Part shown: one piece after another, positions 55,066 through 63,270 of the stretch | Position numbering within the stretch: the stretch's first letter is position 1 | Layout of the letters: each line of letters begins with the position of its first letter | IMG/VR virus record: IMGVR_UViG_3300002140_000159 | Coordinates: 1-64,000 of that record | Direction: 5' to 3' (one strand) | DNA: 64,000 nt | Source of the DNA: a virus | Position numbers and translations under genes: made by a program | Notes under the pieces: model-generated | Databases searched by the model: none | What the model saw: only the letters and a program-made list of their open reading frames with translations | Told to the model about the DNA's origin: nothing

Positions 55066-55098
55066 ATAAAAAAAGGAGCTACGTTTGCACGTAACTCC
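55066..55098 (-). terminator. rho-independent terminator on int strand, located across attP from int
   Basis: On the minus strand, GGAGTTACGT-GCAA-ACGTAGCTCC (one mismatch) is followed by T7. Confidence 0.55.
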
Positions 55099-55119
55099 TT
55101 GATTTAACTATCAAAATAG

Positions 55120-55167
55120 TGGCTCCTCGAACTGGGCTCGAACCAGTGACCTACGGATTAACAGTCC
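55120..55167 (-). other. attP core: 3' 48 nt of tRNA-Asn(GUU)
   Basis: The reverse complement GGACTGTTAATCCGTAGGTCACTGGTTCGAGCCCAGTTCGAGGAGCCA covers the anticodon loop CUGUUAA, the T-arm, the 3' acceptor strand and CCA. No D-arm or 5' acceptor strand lies upstream. Confidence 0.8.
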
Positions 55168-55318
55168 TGTAACCGTATGCCCCGCTAAGCCGCATGGTTG
55201 CTGGGTTCTTCAATAAAATTGCCTAATAAAAACTTATGCAAGATAGTTGTATAGCCTGCACGTAAGTACTTAATTCTGTTGGAATATTAGATGCCAACAG
55301 AATCCGTATTAGGCAGAT

Positions 55319-56386
55319 TTAACCTAGCATTTCCACACGATTTGGCTCAGCTGTTTCACGCCATCTGGCCTTGATGTATTTCTCAGTTGTGTTCTTTGTA
55401 GCATGGCCACAAAGCAGCTGGATTCGCTCAATCGGAATGCCAGCAAGCCACATGTCTGTAGCTCCTTTTCCTTTCAGATCTCTGAAGCCAAATGAAGCCA
55501 TGTCAGCCAGCTCTGGGACGGTTTCCCGCACCTTCACCTGCGCTCGGCGCAGCATAGATGAAATGCCATCGTATGTGTAGCCAGTACCATCACGGGCGTG
55601 GATCAATGGCTGATGAATCATTGGGATTTGACCGATGGATTTTCGGATCATTACTTCCAATGTTTCAGTCAAGCCAACGTCCACAAGTCTGCCGGTCTTG
55701 TACTGCCTGAAGCTCAGGACACGAACTCCATCTTTGTTCTTGAGGACTGAGGGAGTCCACAAGATGATGTCGCTCTCTGGTCGTTGCAAGGTACGGAATG
55801 TCATCTCCATGAGCAGTCGCACCTGGAAAGGTGCAGCAGCGAACACAGCTTTGTATTCCTGGTTCGTGACATAGCGTTCACGTTGCTTTTCAGCATTGCG
55901 AACAACACCACTGGCCCTCATACAAGGGTTGATGGTGATGTCGCCTTGGTTAGACCGGATCATCCAAGACATACAACTAGACAGGCAAGCCCTCTCTCGA
56001 TTTGCACGCACGCCTCGGTTCATCTTTGCGCCCATATCCAAGTATTCAGATACGTGGTGGGGCTTGACCTCGGATGGTGTCATTGAGCCAAACCCTGCGC
56101 GAAGAAATGAGGAGGCGTTGATGTAGTCTTCCAGCGTCCTTGCAGACAGGTCTTTGACTTTGACCCTTGCAGCACAGTCCAAAAGAAACTGATCCAAGTA
56201 CCAAGACATGGTTCCCCAGATACCAGATGGGTCGTTGTAGTGGTCTGCACGTTTCTTTGCAAGGCTCAGGTCTTTGCCTAAGTTCTCCCACTTGTTAGTG
56301 TCTGGATGGACGTAGAAGAACACACCGTGGTTTAGATAAGTTCGGCGTGGCAAGCCTTGGCTGGCATCTTTGCGTTTACGGCCCAT
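55319..56386 (-). CDS. int: tyrosine integrase, lambda-Int-like with N-terminal arm-binding domain
   Basis: N-terminus MGRKRKDASQGLPRRTYLNHGVFFYVHPDTNKWENLG compares with lambda MGRRRSHERRDLPPNLYIRNNGYYCYRDPRTGKEFGLG. The C-terminus has LCGHATKNTTEKY. Confidence 0.9.
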   Translation of the reverse strand: MGRKRKDASQGLPRRTYLNHGVFFYVHPDTNKWENLGKDLSLAKKRADHYNDPSGIWGTMSWYLDQFLLDCAARVKVKDLSARTLEDYINASSFLRAGFGSMTPSEVKPHHVSEYLDMGAKMNRGVRANRERACLSSCMSWMIRSNQGDITINPCMRASGVVRNAEKQRERYVTNQEYKAVFAAAPFQVRLLMEMTFRTLQRPESDIILWTPSVLKNKDGVRVLSFRQYKTGRLVDVGLTETLEVMIRKSIGQIPMIHQPLIHARDGTGYTYDGISSMLRRAQVKVRETVPELADMASFGFRDLKGKGATDMWLAGIPIERIQLLCGHATKNTTEKYIKARWRETAEPNRVEMLG

Positions 56387-56627
56387 GACGTTTTCCTTGG
56401 AAAAGATGCATTAGTGCTGTCGTGTTTAAACCTTTGGCAGAGTTTGCTAAGTCTGGTCTGTTACCTACCAGCACACGCTCAAATTCAGACCTGGCTACGA
56501 GTGCTTTACCGTTTGGTTTACGGTTGACAAGCATACCCAGCTTCTTAAAGTAGCGTATTTGTGCTGATGGAGCAATCAAAGGCTCACAGATAGCAGCGAT
56601 CTCAGTGTCTGTGAGATAGGGTGTCAT
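56376..56627 (-). CDS. DUF4224-like small DNA-binding protein (candidate excisionase)
   Basis: MTPYLTDTEIAAICEP...QIRYFKKLGMLVNRKPNGKALV, with its end overlapping the int start. The start is moved to 56627 because the longer ORF would run through a terminator. Confidence 0.5.
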   Translation of the reverse strand: MTPYLTDTEIAAICEPLIAPSAQIRYFKKLGMLVNRKPNGKALVARSEFERVLVGNRPDLANSAKGLNTTALMHLFQGKRHGP

Positions 56628-56647
56628 ATTTTGGTTCCGAATAGGCG

Positions 56648-56671
56648 TAAAAAAACCCACTCATTGGTGGG
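56648..56671 (-). terminator. rho-independent terminator ending the leftward early operon
   Basis: On the minus strand, CCCAC-CAATGA-GTGGG followed by T7. Confidence 0.5.
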
Positions 56672-56691
56672 CTTGTGTTGGGTGGGGTTGT

Positions 56692-56913
56692 TTACCCGTC
56701 GTTCTTTCCCTTCAGTATGGCTTCGGCGGCTCGTATCATGTCGTGCGTACTTGGTTCAACGTAGAAAGGGGATAATGCGTTTATCTCATTACCCATCAGC
56801 CCTACCCACGGGCGCTTTGGTGTACATAACTCATCCAGCGCCACCGAGTATTCTTTGTAGTCGTCATCGTCCAAGTTGTTTCGCAAGAATCTGTCAATCA
56901 GGTCGTAGCTCAT
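56692..56913 (-). CDS. hypothetical protein
   Basis: 73-aa ORF coupled to the upstream gene. Confidence 0.5.
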   Translation of the reverse strand: MSYDLIDRFLRNNLDDDDYKEYSVALDELCTPKRPWVGLMGNEINALSPFYVEPSTHDMIRAAEAILKGKNDG

Positions 56914-57284
56914 GTCTTATCTCCTATGCCGTGGGCGGCTTCGATTGGTGGCGGAGGCAGTGGCATCCAATGGGTTGGCGCTGTTTCAAGGATGGTGTAC
57001 CCACGTCCGCTTGGCCCGATTGGAGTTTGCCAATGCCCGCCATGGTCGCCCTCATACGCGATAGCCCACCACGCCTCACAAACAGGCTTCCGCCCGCTTC
57101 TTGGGCAGTAAATCAATATGCTTGATGAGTTCTTTGGTGCAGTTTCAATCGGATTCCACGCTACATGCTCTTGCACTGGCTGTGCCAAGGCCGCTTTGAG
57201 CTTCTTAACAACTGGATTTCTTTCCGGAAAATCCAAATACGCACACAACTCATCAAGCGCCTGCTGCATTACTTCGCGGCTCAT
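56910..57284 (-). CDS. DUF551-like protein
   Basis: WNPIETAPKN...THWMPLPPPP. The start is set at the ATGA overlap (57284). Confidence 0.5.
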   Translation of the reverse strand: MSREVMQQALDELCAYLDFPERNPVVKKLKAALAQPVQEHVAWNPIETAPKNSSSILIYCPRSGRKPVCEAWWAIAYEGDHGGHWQTPIGPSGRGYTILETAPTHWMPLPPPPIEAAHGIGDKT

Positions 57285-57505
57285 GATTGGTTCCTTATTG
57301 CTTCGGCGCATTCTTTCGGGCCACTGTTATCGCCCATGCGCCAAGGCCAGTGCAGGTTGTCACACAGCGATGCACAAGCCTCACGCTCACGTGCTGCTGC
57401 AAAGTTGGCAAAGGCTTTAAGAGCCTCAGCATAATAACCACCTCTGTTTTCCTTGGTTATTAGCTGGAACATTACAGCCATTCCGATAATGTCGTCTCTA
57501 GTCAT
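57281..57505 (-). CDS. hypothetical protein
   Basis: 74-aa ORF coupled within the operon. Confidence 0.5.
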   Translation of the reverse strand: MTRDDIIGMAVMFQLITKENRGGYYAEALKAFANFAAAREREACASLCDNLHWPWRMGDNSGPKECAEAIRNQS

Positions 57506-57690
57506 GTGTTTTTCTCCTTGGCCAAGGCTGTTTCCAGCTTGGCTATGGCGTAGCTAATGTCAGTGGCATCGTCTTGGTTGCACTGATAACCTCCAAAGTC
57601 GTTCTGATACAAGAAATCCATAGTCTCCAACAGGTTTCTTGCTGCTTGCTCAATAGTCATAGCTATGTCCTTAGTTACAGGTTTAGGCAT
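57502..57690 (-). CDS. hypothetical protein
   Basis: 62-aa ORF coupled within the operon. Confidence 0.45.
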   Translation of the reverse strand: MPKPVTKDIAMTIEQAARNLLETMDFLYQNDFGGYQCNQDDATDISYAIAKLETALAKEKNT

Positions 57691-57907
57691 TTACTAACCC
57701 CCAGATAAACCCAGCCGCGAGCATGGACAAGACCATGACGGCTAGGATCAGGTACAGCTTGATAAGTAGCTCCTGCCATACCCACTCGAAGTCGTCGTCT
57801 AGCTCGCGGCTCCAGTCGATTGGCTCAACATCTTCTGGTATCTCATTGGCACGGACTCGCCGCACTAGTCGGCTGGTCTTAGTCATTTCCCGATCTATGT
57901 AGTTCAT
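57683..57907 (-). CDS. small membrane protein (1 TM)
   Basis: C-terminal LILAVMVLSMLAAGFIWGLV. Confidence 0.5.
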   Translation of the reverse strand: MNYIDREMTKTSRLVRRVRANEIPEDVEPIDWSRELDDDFEWVWQELLIKLYLILAVMVLSMLAAGFIWGLVNA

Positions 57908-57927
57908 AACAGTACCTCTATGGGTTG

Positions 57928-58101
57928 TTAATGCACTGGCTCGTCTGCAAGCAGACGCTCCAGTAGCTTGATGTTGTCAAACGCAGCTTGACGCTGCAGC
58001 TTGCTGTCTGTGCCTGCGTACTTGCCTACGTCGTGGTCGTAGATGGTTTCCCAAATTTGCATCAGGGCGAGGCGACATACGGTCTTTTCATTAGTGCTCA
58101 T
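57928..58101 (-). CDS. hypothetical 57-aa protein (below ORF-track cutoff)
   Basis: Hand translation gives MSTNEKTVCRLALMQIWETIYDHDVGKYAGTDSKLQRQAAFDNIKLLERLLADEPVH. It fills the gap between coupled genes. Confidence 0.4.
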   Translation of the reverse strand: MSTNEKTVCRLALMQIWETIYDHDVGKYAGTDSKLQRQAAFDNIKLLERLLADEPVH

Positions 58102-58104
58102 GAC

Positions 58105-58473
58105 TCACCCCACTCTCAAGGCTTCGACAGAGTTCTCTGACACGGTTGTCATGAAAGCGCCTTTGCCGTAAAGCTGAGAGCCTTGTGACGAAGCTGCGGA
58201 GCGAAACGCTTCTCCACGTTCACGAGACTCCACTTCCCAAGACAGCACGTCACCTATTTGCATGGCTTGAATTTTTTGGATGTACCCAGGCATTTCAAGA
58301 CACCAGTTGTTAACTTTGCGACGGCGTGTTTTAGTCAGCACCACCAAGTCACCGACGAAAGATCCGTCTGGCATCTGCACAGCAAACGCTGCTTTGGCAG
58401 CAGTTAGAAATTTGATGGCTTTTTCAATAGCAACTTGTTGGATGGACGGTGAAGCAGTAGTAGTAGTAGTCAT
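58105..58473 (-). CDS. hypothetical protein
   Basis: 122-aa ORF. Confidence 0.55.
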   Translation of the reverse strand: MTTTTTASPSIQQVAIEKAIKFLTAAKAAFAVQMPDGSFVGDLVVLTKTRRRKVNNWCLEMPGYIQKIQAMQIGDVLSWEVESRERGEAFRSAASSQGSQLYGKGAFMTTVSENSVEALRVG

Positions 58474-58489
58474 AGTTTTCTTTCAGACG

Positions 58490-58514
58490 TAAAAAAGCCC
58501 GGACAATGCCGGGC
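58490..58514 (-). terminator. rho-independent terminator after DNA polymerase gene
   Basis: On the minus strand, GCCCGG-CATTGT-CCGGGC followed by T6. Confidence 0.65.
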
Positions 58515-58541
58515 AGGTGAGGGACAGATTAATTTTTTAAG

Positions 58542-61151
58542 CTACACCAAAGCGTGCTTTTCTTTTGTTGCATTACACATTGCTACTAAGGTAGGCAAGT
58601 CTGTGTCGTTAGGGATGGTCGTGACATGTGCCCAGTTGGGCCAAAAGATATCCAGTGCAGCACCTAACTTCACAGTAGGGTGCTGGATCTCTGTCAGGTC
58701 TTGCCACTGCATTGACTTGATCAGTTCTTGGTTGGCCCACAGAACGGTTTCTGCATCATCTTTGATGATGATGTAGATGGCGTCATGGATTAATGCCACT
58801 GGCTTGATGGAGTAACGGTACTTTGATACCCAGACCTTCTTCATGAAGTCCACAGCAGCTCTGTTGTTGAGCAAACCATAAGACTGACCCATGGCATTGC
58901 CTGCAGTACGACCTTCTGCAGCAGCTTCGTAAGGCATCTTGGAAGAGCCAAACATCACTTGCTTTAAAAGTGGAGTACGTACACGCAAGCCAAAGGCAAC
59001 TTCAACATATCCATCCTTGGCCGCTTGGTGCAAGCGATCTTGGATGTACTGGTCTGAGACTTGGTAAAGGTCGTGGTAGCTTGTCTCAATGGCCTGTGAC
59101 TTCTCTTTTTCCCAGCCTAGATTACTCATCATGCCGTGGTACGTGCCGCCATAGGTCAGAAGAAAGGTTGGTGCCTTTGATTCTTGCCTAAGCGGATGGT
59201 CCAGTGCTTTTAGCGTATTGACTGAATTGGGATCTGTTGGATCAATGTGTGCCAGCTCTTCTGGAAAGTACGACACTGCACGCAGCGCATGTCCGTCAAA
59301 GCCATCGGTGTAAACCTTGAGCTTGTTTGGATCTTTGGTTGTTAGCGCACTGATCATGTCTTCCAACGAGTTGAAGTCAGCCCCACAAAACAACCACCCA
59401 GGAGGCGCTTGGAAACACTCTTTGATGAGTTTTCCATAGGACGACTTGGCTGGAATGTTCTGCATATTTGGCTCACTTGAACTCAATCGCCCTGAGACAG
59501 TGCCGCCCAAGTTAAACGAGCCATGCAGCCAAGCTATGCCGTCTCCTTTGTCCAATGCTTTTTCAAACGATGGGATGAAGGTGGACAGTATCTTGCTGAC
59601 CTTGCCGTGACCGATCAACGCTGCTAATAGCTCCTTGTGGGTGCTGTCCTTAGTGTGGTTGATTAGCTTCTCAATCGTGTCTGCCCCAGTTGATGGCTGA
59701 CCTGTGTCGGTGGTATCCAACACAGGCAGGTCCATCCGGCCATACAGCAGCTTTTGGAGCTGTGGACCAGAGTTGGGGTTGAACATGACATCATCAAATT
59801 TCTCCAGCGGATGCTGTTTAACTTTGAGCTTGGCATTGGCAGCCTCCTGTGCATCACTGCGCAGTACTGCGTTGAGTTGCTGAACAACTGAGTTGTTAGT
59901 GATGACTGACAGATGGTCGGCTTGAATAGCTTCCAGCTTTGCTTTAACTTCCTGAACTTTGTGTGGGTTTAAGGGCATCCCTGTCATCTCAACTTGAATA
60001 ATCATCTTGAGTGAGGGCAGCATTAGCTCTTTGTAAAGAGCTTCTTGCTGGTCTGCTTGCATTAGCGGGTAGTACTTGGCTTTGACGTAGTGTGTGCACA
60101 GCGCGTCAACCAAGTTGTACTGCAGCAGTTCTGGCAAAGGAATACGGCGGATGTCTTTGATGTCTTCTTGGGCCCAGTTGCCAGCAAACTCATGTGCCAG
60201 GCTTTTTAAGCCCAGTACGTTGCCTGCTGTGGAGTTGACGGCCAAGTACGCAATCACTTTGGTGTCGTGAAAGCGAGTAGTCATCAGATCCAAGCCACTC
60301 AGCATCATGGGCGTGTCTAACAAGTCCTTCATCCACAGTGCGCAGATGATGGCTTTAAGGTCATACGCTGCGTTGTGAAAGGTCAGCTCACCTTTGTAGG
60401 AGAGAAAGAAGTTCAGCAGCAGGGCACGCACTTCTTTGTTTTTTTGGTAGATCCCATGTGTTCCATTTTCTGGAACAAGTGGTTGGTAATCACAAGCAAA
60501 TGCAATCCCTTCGTGCTGGTTCCAAGCAAAGGCAATGGTGCCTATGCCAGCCTTATCAAACGCCAGTGAGAAGCCCTCAATGTCGCAGCTAAGGTCTGTG
60601 TAGCCCAGAAGCTTTTGCAGAGCTTCAGCGATGTCCTGGAGGCTCTCTGGGTACTGTGCTGAATGGATAATGCCAGTGCCTGGAGCTGTGTATCCACCCA
60701 CCATGCTAGAGGTCAGCGCAGTCAAGCTTGAATTGAGCTTTGGTTGCAGGTCTGGATTAAAAATCAGCTGGCGGTAGTTCAAGCCAAGGACTACGCTCAG
60801 GTGCTCAAAGCCTTTGATCTTGCACGGCAGCACGTAACCTATGTGAGGATCCGCTTTGGCTTGGCCAGCAAGCACTTTGAAGTACGCTGCATCAGCCACG
60901 TACAGGTGCTTAACGCCCAAGGAAACCAAAGCAGGTAGTAGCTTAGTCAAATACTCTTTGCAGTGCGCTGCAGGAGCTTTGTCGTTGTCGTTGTAGCTCA
61001 GAGTGAATGCGATGACATCCTTGATGTATATGCCTTGCTCATTAAGTGGCGTGACATAGTTATTGATCAGCTCTTGCTTAATAAAACTACTGCCTTTAAT
61101 CAACACAGCAATGGGATAACTGTTGGATTCTTCAAAGATGTGGTGACGCAT
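58542..61151 (-). CDS. polA: family A DNA polymerase with 3'-5' exonuclease domain
   Basis: Exo I CDIEGFS, motif A CGADFNSLEDM, motif B RQESKAPTFLLTYGG, motif C ALIHDAI. Confidence 0.9.
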   Translation of the reverse strand: MRHHIFEESNSYPIAVLIKGSSFIKQELINNYVTPLNEQGIYIKDVIAFTLSYNDNDKAPAAHCKEYLTKLLPALVSLGVKHLYVADAAYFKVLAGQAKADPHIGYVLPCKIKGFEHLSVVLGLNYRQLIFNPDLQPKLNSSLTALTSSMVGGYTAPGTGIIHSAQYPESLQDIAEALQKLLGYTDLSCDIEGFSLAFDKAGIGTIAFAWNQHEGIAFACDYQPLVPENGTHGIYQKNKEVRALLLNFFLSYKGELTFHNAAYDLKAIICALWMKDLLDTPMMLSGLDLMTTRFHDTKVIAYLAVNSTAGNVLGLKSLAHEFAGNWAQEDIKDIRRIPLPELLQYNLVDALCTHYVKAKYYPLMQADQQEALYKELMLPSLKMIIQVEMTGMPLNPHKVQEVKAKLEAIQADHLSVITNNSVVQQLNAVLRSDAQEAANAKLKVKQHPLEKFDDVMFNPNSGPQLQKLLYGRMDLPVLDTTDTGQPSTGADTIEKLINHTKDSTHKELLAALIGHGKVSKILSTFIPSFEKALDKGDGIAWLHGSFNLGGTVSGRLSSSEPNMQNIPAKSSYGKLIKECFQAPPGWLFCGADFNSLEDMISALTTKDPNKLKVYTDGFDGHALRAVSYFPEELAHIDPTDPNSVNTLKALDHPLRQESKAPTFLLTYGGTYHGMMSNLGWEKEKSQAIETSYHDLYQVSDQYIQDRLHQAAKDGYVEVAFGLRVRTPLLKQVMFGSSKMPYEAAAEGRTAGNAMGQSYGLLNNRAAVDFMKKVWVSKYRYSIKPVALIHDAIYIIIKDDAETVLWANQELIKSMQWQDLTEIQHPTVKLGAALDIFWPNWAHVTTIPNDTDLPTLVAMCNATKEKHALV

Positions 61152-61162
61152 GCTGTTTCCTT

Positions 61163-61681
61163 TTAAATAAGCAGGTTGTTAACCATGCGTTGTTTCATTA
61201 ATTGAATAGACAATTGGTTTTTTTGATTAAGTAAATTAACAGTTTCGTCTGAAAGCTTTTTACCCCTGCAAGGGCATGTGTCAATAAGGCTTTGAACGGG
61301 ATGATGGACAGATTGCGGTAACATTCGAAGATAGTCATGTAATTCATTAGATGAGTTAAGCACTTGAGTGATAAAGCCAATTACATAAGGCACTTCTTTT
61401 TCATTAAGTTGCTTAGCTTCTTTGAGATACTCATTCATGACAGGATGTAGTTGCGCGTGTAAACGATTTAGTTTCCGTGGTAGAGCAGTAGTGTCACAGT
61501 TATAAACCACATTCTTGTATATAAAAGATATGTGGGTATGCCCACTTAACGATGCATTTTTAATTGCAATTTGTTGAAGACGGGCTTTAAACTGTTTATC
61601 CAAAGGCGCATAAAGGTGCTCGTAGAGCACATCTTTAATTTGCTGTTTGGTACGTGGGTCGTGTTGCAATAGTTCTGTCAT
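61163..61681 (-). CDS. hypothetical protein
   Basis: 172-aa AT-rich ORF. Confidence 0.55.
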   Translation of the reverse strand: MTELLQHDPRTKQQIKDVLYEHLYAPLDKQFKARLQQIAIKNASLSGHTHISFIYKNVVYNCDTTALPRKLNRLHAQLHPVMNEYLKEAKQLNEKEVPYVIGFITQVLNSSNELHDYLRMLPQSVHHPVQSLIDTCPCRGKKLSDETVNLLNQKNQLSIQLMKQRMVNNLLI

Positions 61682-61705
61682 GAATATTCTCAGAGGTTTG
61701 GTTTA

Positions 61706-62959
61706 TTAAGCCAAATCCCCAGTAAGAGTTACATGGTTTCTGGCACGGGAGACTGCGACATAAAGCATCCTTGCTATTTGATCTCCGCTGTTACAGCGGC
61801 TGATATCGTCCAAGTCAATAAAGACCTGGTCAAACGTGGATCCTTGAGCTTTGTTGATCGTGCAGGCATAGACAGCCCTTAGATCAATCCAACGCTCCTC
61901 CATCTGGGTGACCCAGTGCATCTCATTTGCTGCACGGGCTTGCTTGATGCGAGCATTTTTGGACTCAAGCGTCTTGGGCATAAAGGCAACAAAGTCGTTG
62001 TTGACGCTGAAGTTGTTGCCCAAAACACCTAAGTTCTCAAGGTCTGGGGAGATGCCTGTGATCTGAACCAGCTGCTCTGTTTTCAAGGACTTTTTGCCTT
62101 GGTTAAAGAAGCTGTTACACACGGCGTAATCACCTACTTGAAAGTTTGGATCACCCTTGACATGGGTGCTGACAAACTGGTTGTAACCAATCACGCACTT
62201 GTTGGTCCAGCCCAAGATCTTGGAGTCAGAGTAGCTCCAATCAGATCGGCTGAACTCCGTTGCAATCGCTTGGTTAAACGCATCCCGCTCTAGGTACTTG
62301 ACGTGGTGGCCATCAGGTTTGAACTTGAAGAATTCACCTGAGTTCACGGTGTCTCTGAACTTGGTAGACAAGTCCACGATGGGGTTGCCCTCAGCTTGAC
62401 GTACCACGCTGGTGAGTGCCGCCCCAGGGAACATGACGTTGAATGCGGGGGTGCCGGTAGACTTGACAGGGGTGAGCTGCGCAGGATCCCCGACAAAGAC
62501 AATCTTGCAGTGCTTGGTGCGCTGAAAGATGAAACCCAACAGCTGAGAGTCAATGTAGCTGGCCTCGTCAATGAACAAGATAAAACCTGTTTTGACATCT
62601 GAGTTGCGTGGAATCAAACGTGAGACGTTGGTCTTGTAGTCTGTCTCTACTCGCAAACCTAAAAAAGCGTGGATGGTGCCAGCATCTTGGCCAGTGATTT
62701 GGCTCAGGTTCTCAGCAGCTTTGTTGGTAGTAGCGGTCAGCTCTACTTCGTACTCACACTGCTCTGCGTTAAGCAAGCTGGCGCTTTTAAGGTAGCCAGG
62801 GATCTTGTCGACCATGGTGCTAACTAAGGTTGACTTGCCGCAGCCTGAGTAGCCTGAGAGCACAAACACTGTTTCTGTGGGATCCAGTAGGAAGCGGTGA
62901 AAGGCTCGCAAAGCATTCAGTTGGTCAGTAGTGAGGGTGATTTCAGCAGTAGCGTTCAT
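61706..62959 (-). CDS. SF1 Dda/RecD-like DNA helicase
   Basis: Walker A GYSGCGKST, Walker B FIDEASYI, plus VGDPAQLTPV, TINKAQGSTF and YVAVSRARN. Confidence 0.8.
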   Translation of the reverse strand: MNATAEITLTTDQLNALRAFHRFLLDPTETVFVLSGYSGCGKSTLVSTMVDKIPGYLKSASLLNAEQCEYEVELTATTNKAAENLSQITGQDAGTIHAFLGLRVETDYKTNVSRLIPRNSDVKTGFILFIDEASYIDSQLLGFIFQRTKHCKIVFVGDPAQLTPVKSTGTPAFNVMFPGAALTSVVRQAEGNPIVDLSTKFRDTVNSGEFFKFKPDGHHVKYLERDAFNQAIATEFSRSDWSYSDSKILGWTNKCVIGYNQFVSTHVKGDPNFQVGDYAVCNSFFNQGKKSLKTEQLVQITGISPDLENLGVLGNNFSVNNDFVAFMPKTLESKNARIKQARAANEMHWVTQMEERWIDLRAVYACTINKAQGSTFDQVFIDLDDISRCNSGDQIARMLYVAVSRARNHVTLTGDLA

Positions 62960-63270
62960 GTGGCGGTTTCTGTAAGAGTAGGCGCAAGCAGCTCATCTGG
63001 CTTAACTCCCAAGAGAGCTGCAACTTTGATGCGTACATACTCAGCGTGGGACAAGATACTGACTTCAATAGAACTTCGTCGAAATTCCGTAATAGTGTGT
63101 TGCTCGTGATATGTCTCACAAAGCACTTCAGCATTAGATAAGCCATTTATAAAAGCTACACCTGCTTTAAATGGCAAAACTAGTTTGGTGTCGTAATTAA
63201 TTTTAAGCACCATCCAGTTATCTTTAGTCTCTTGAGAAGTGATTGTTTTCAGTGCTTCTGCATAGTTCAT
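62956..63270 (-). CDS. hypothetical protein
   Basis: 104-aa ORF coupled on both sides. Confidence 0.5.
   Translation of the reverse strand: MNYAEALKTITSQETKDNWMVLKINYDTKLVLPFKAGVAFINGLSNAEVLCETYHEQHTITEFRRSSIEVSILSHAEYVRIKVAALLGVKPDELLAPTLTETAT

Noticed and set aside
55120-55200. A complete tRNA-Asn gene
   Set aside because: Only the 3' ~48 nt (anticodon loop to CCA) match a tRNA. The 5' strand of the anticodon stem is mismatched (CAGGA versus TCCGT), and no D-arm or 5' acceptor strand (TCCTCGA) lies upstream. It is an attP core, not a functional tRNA.
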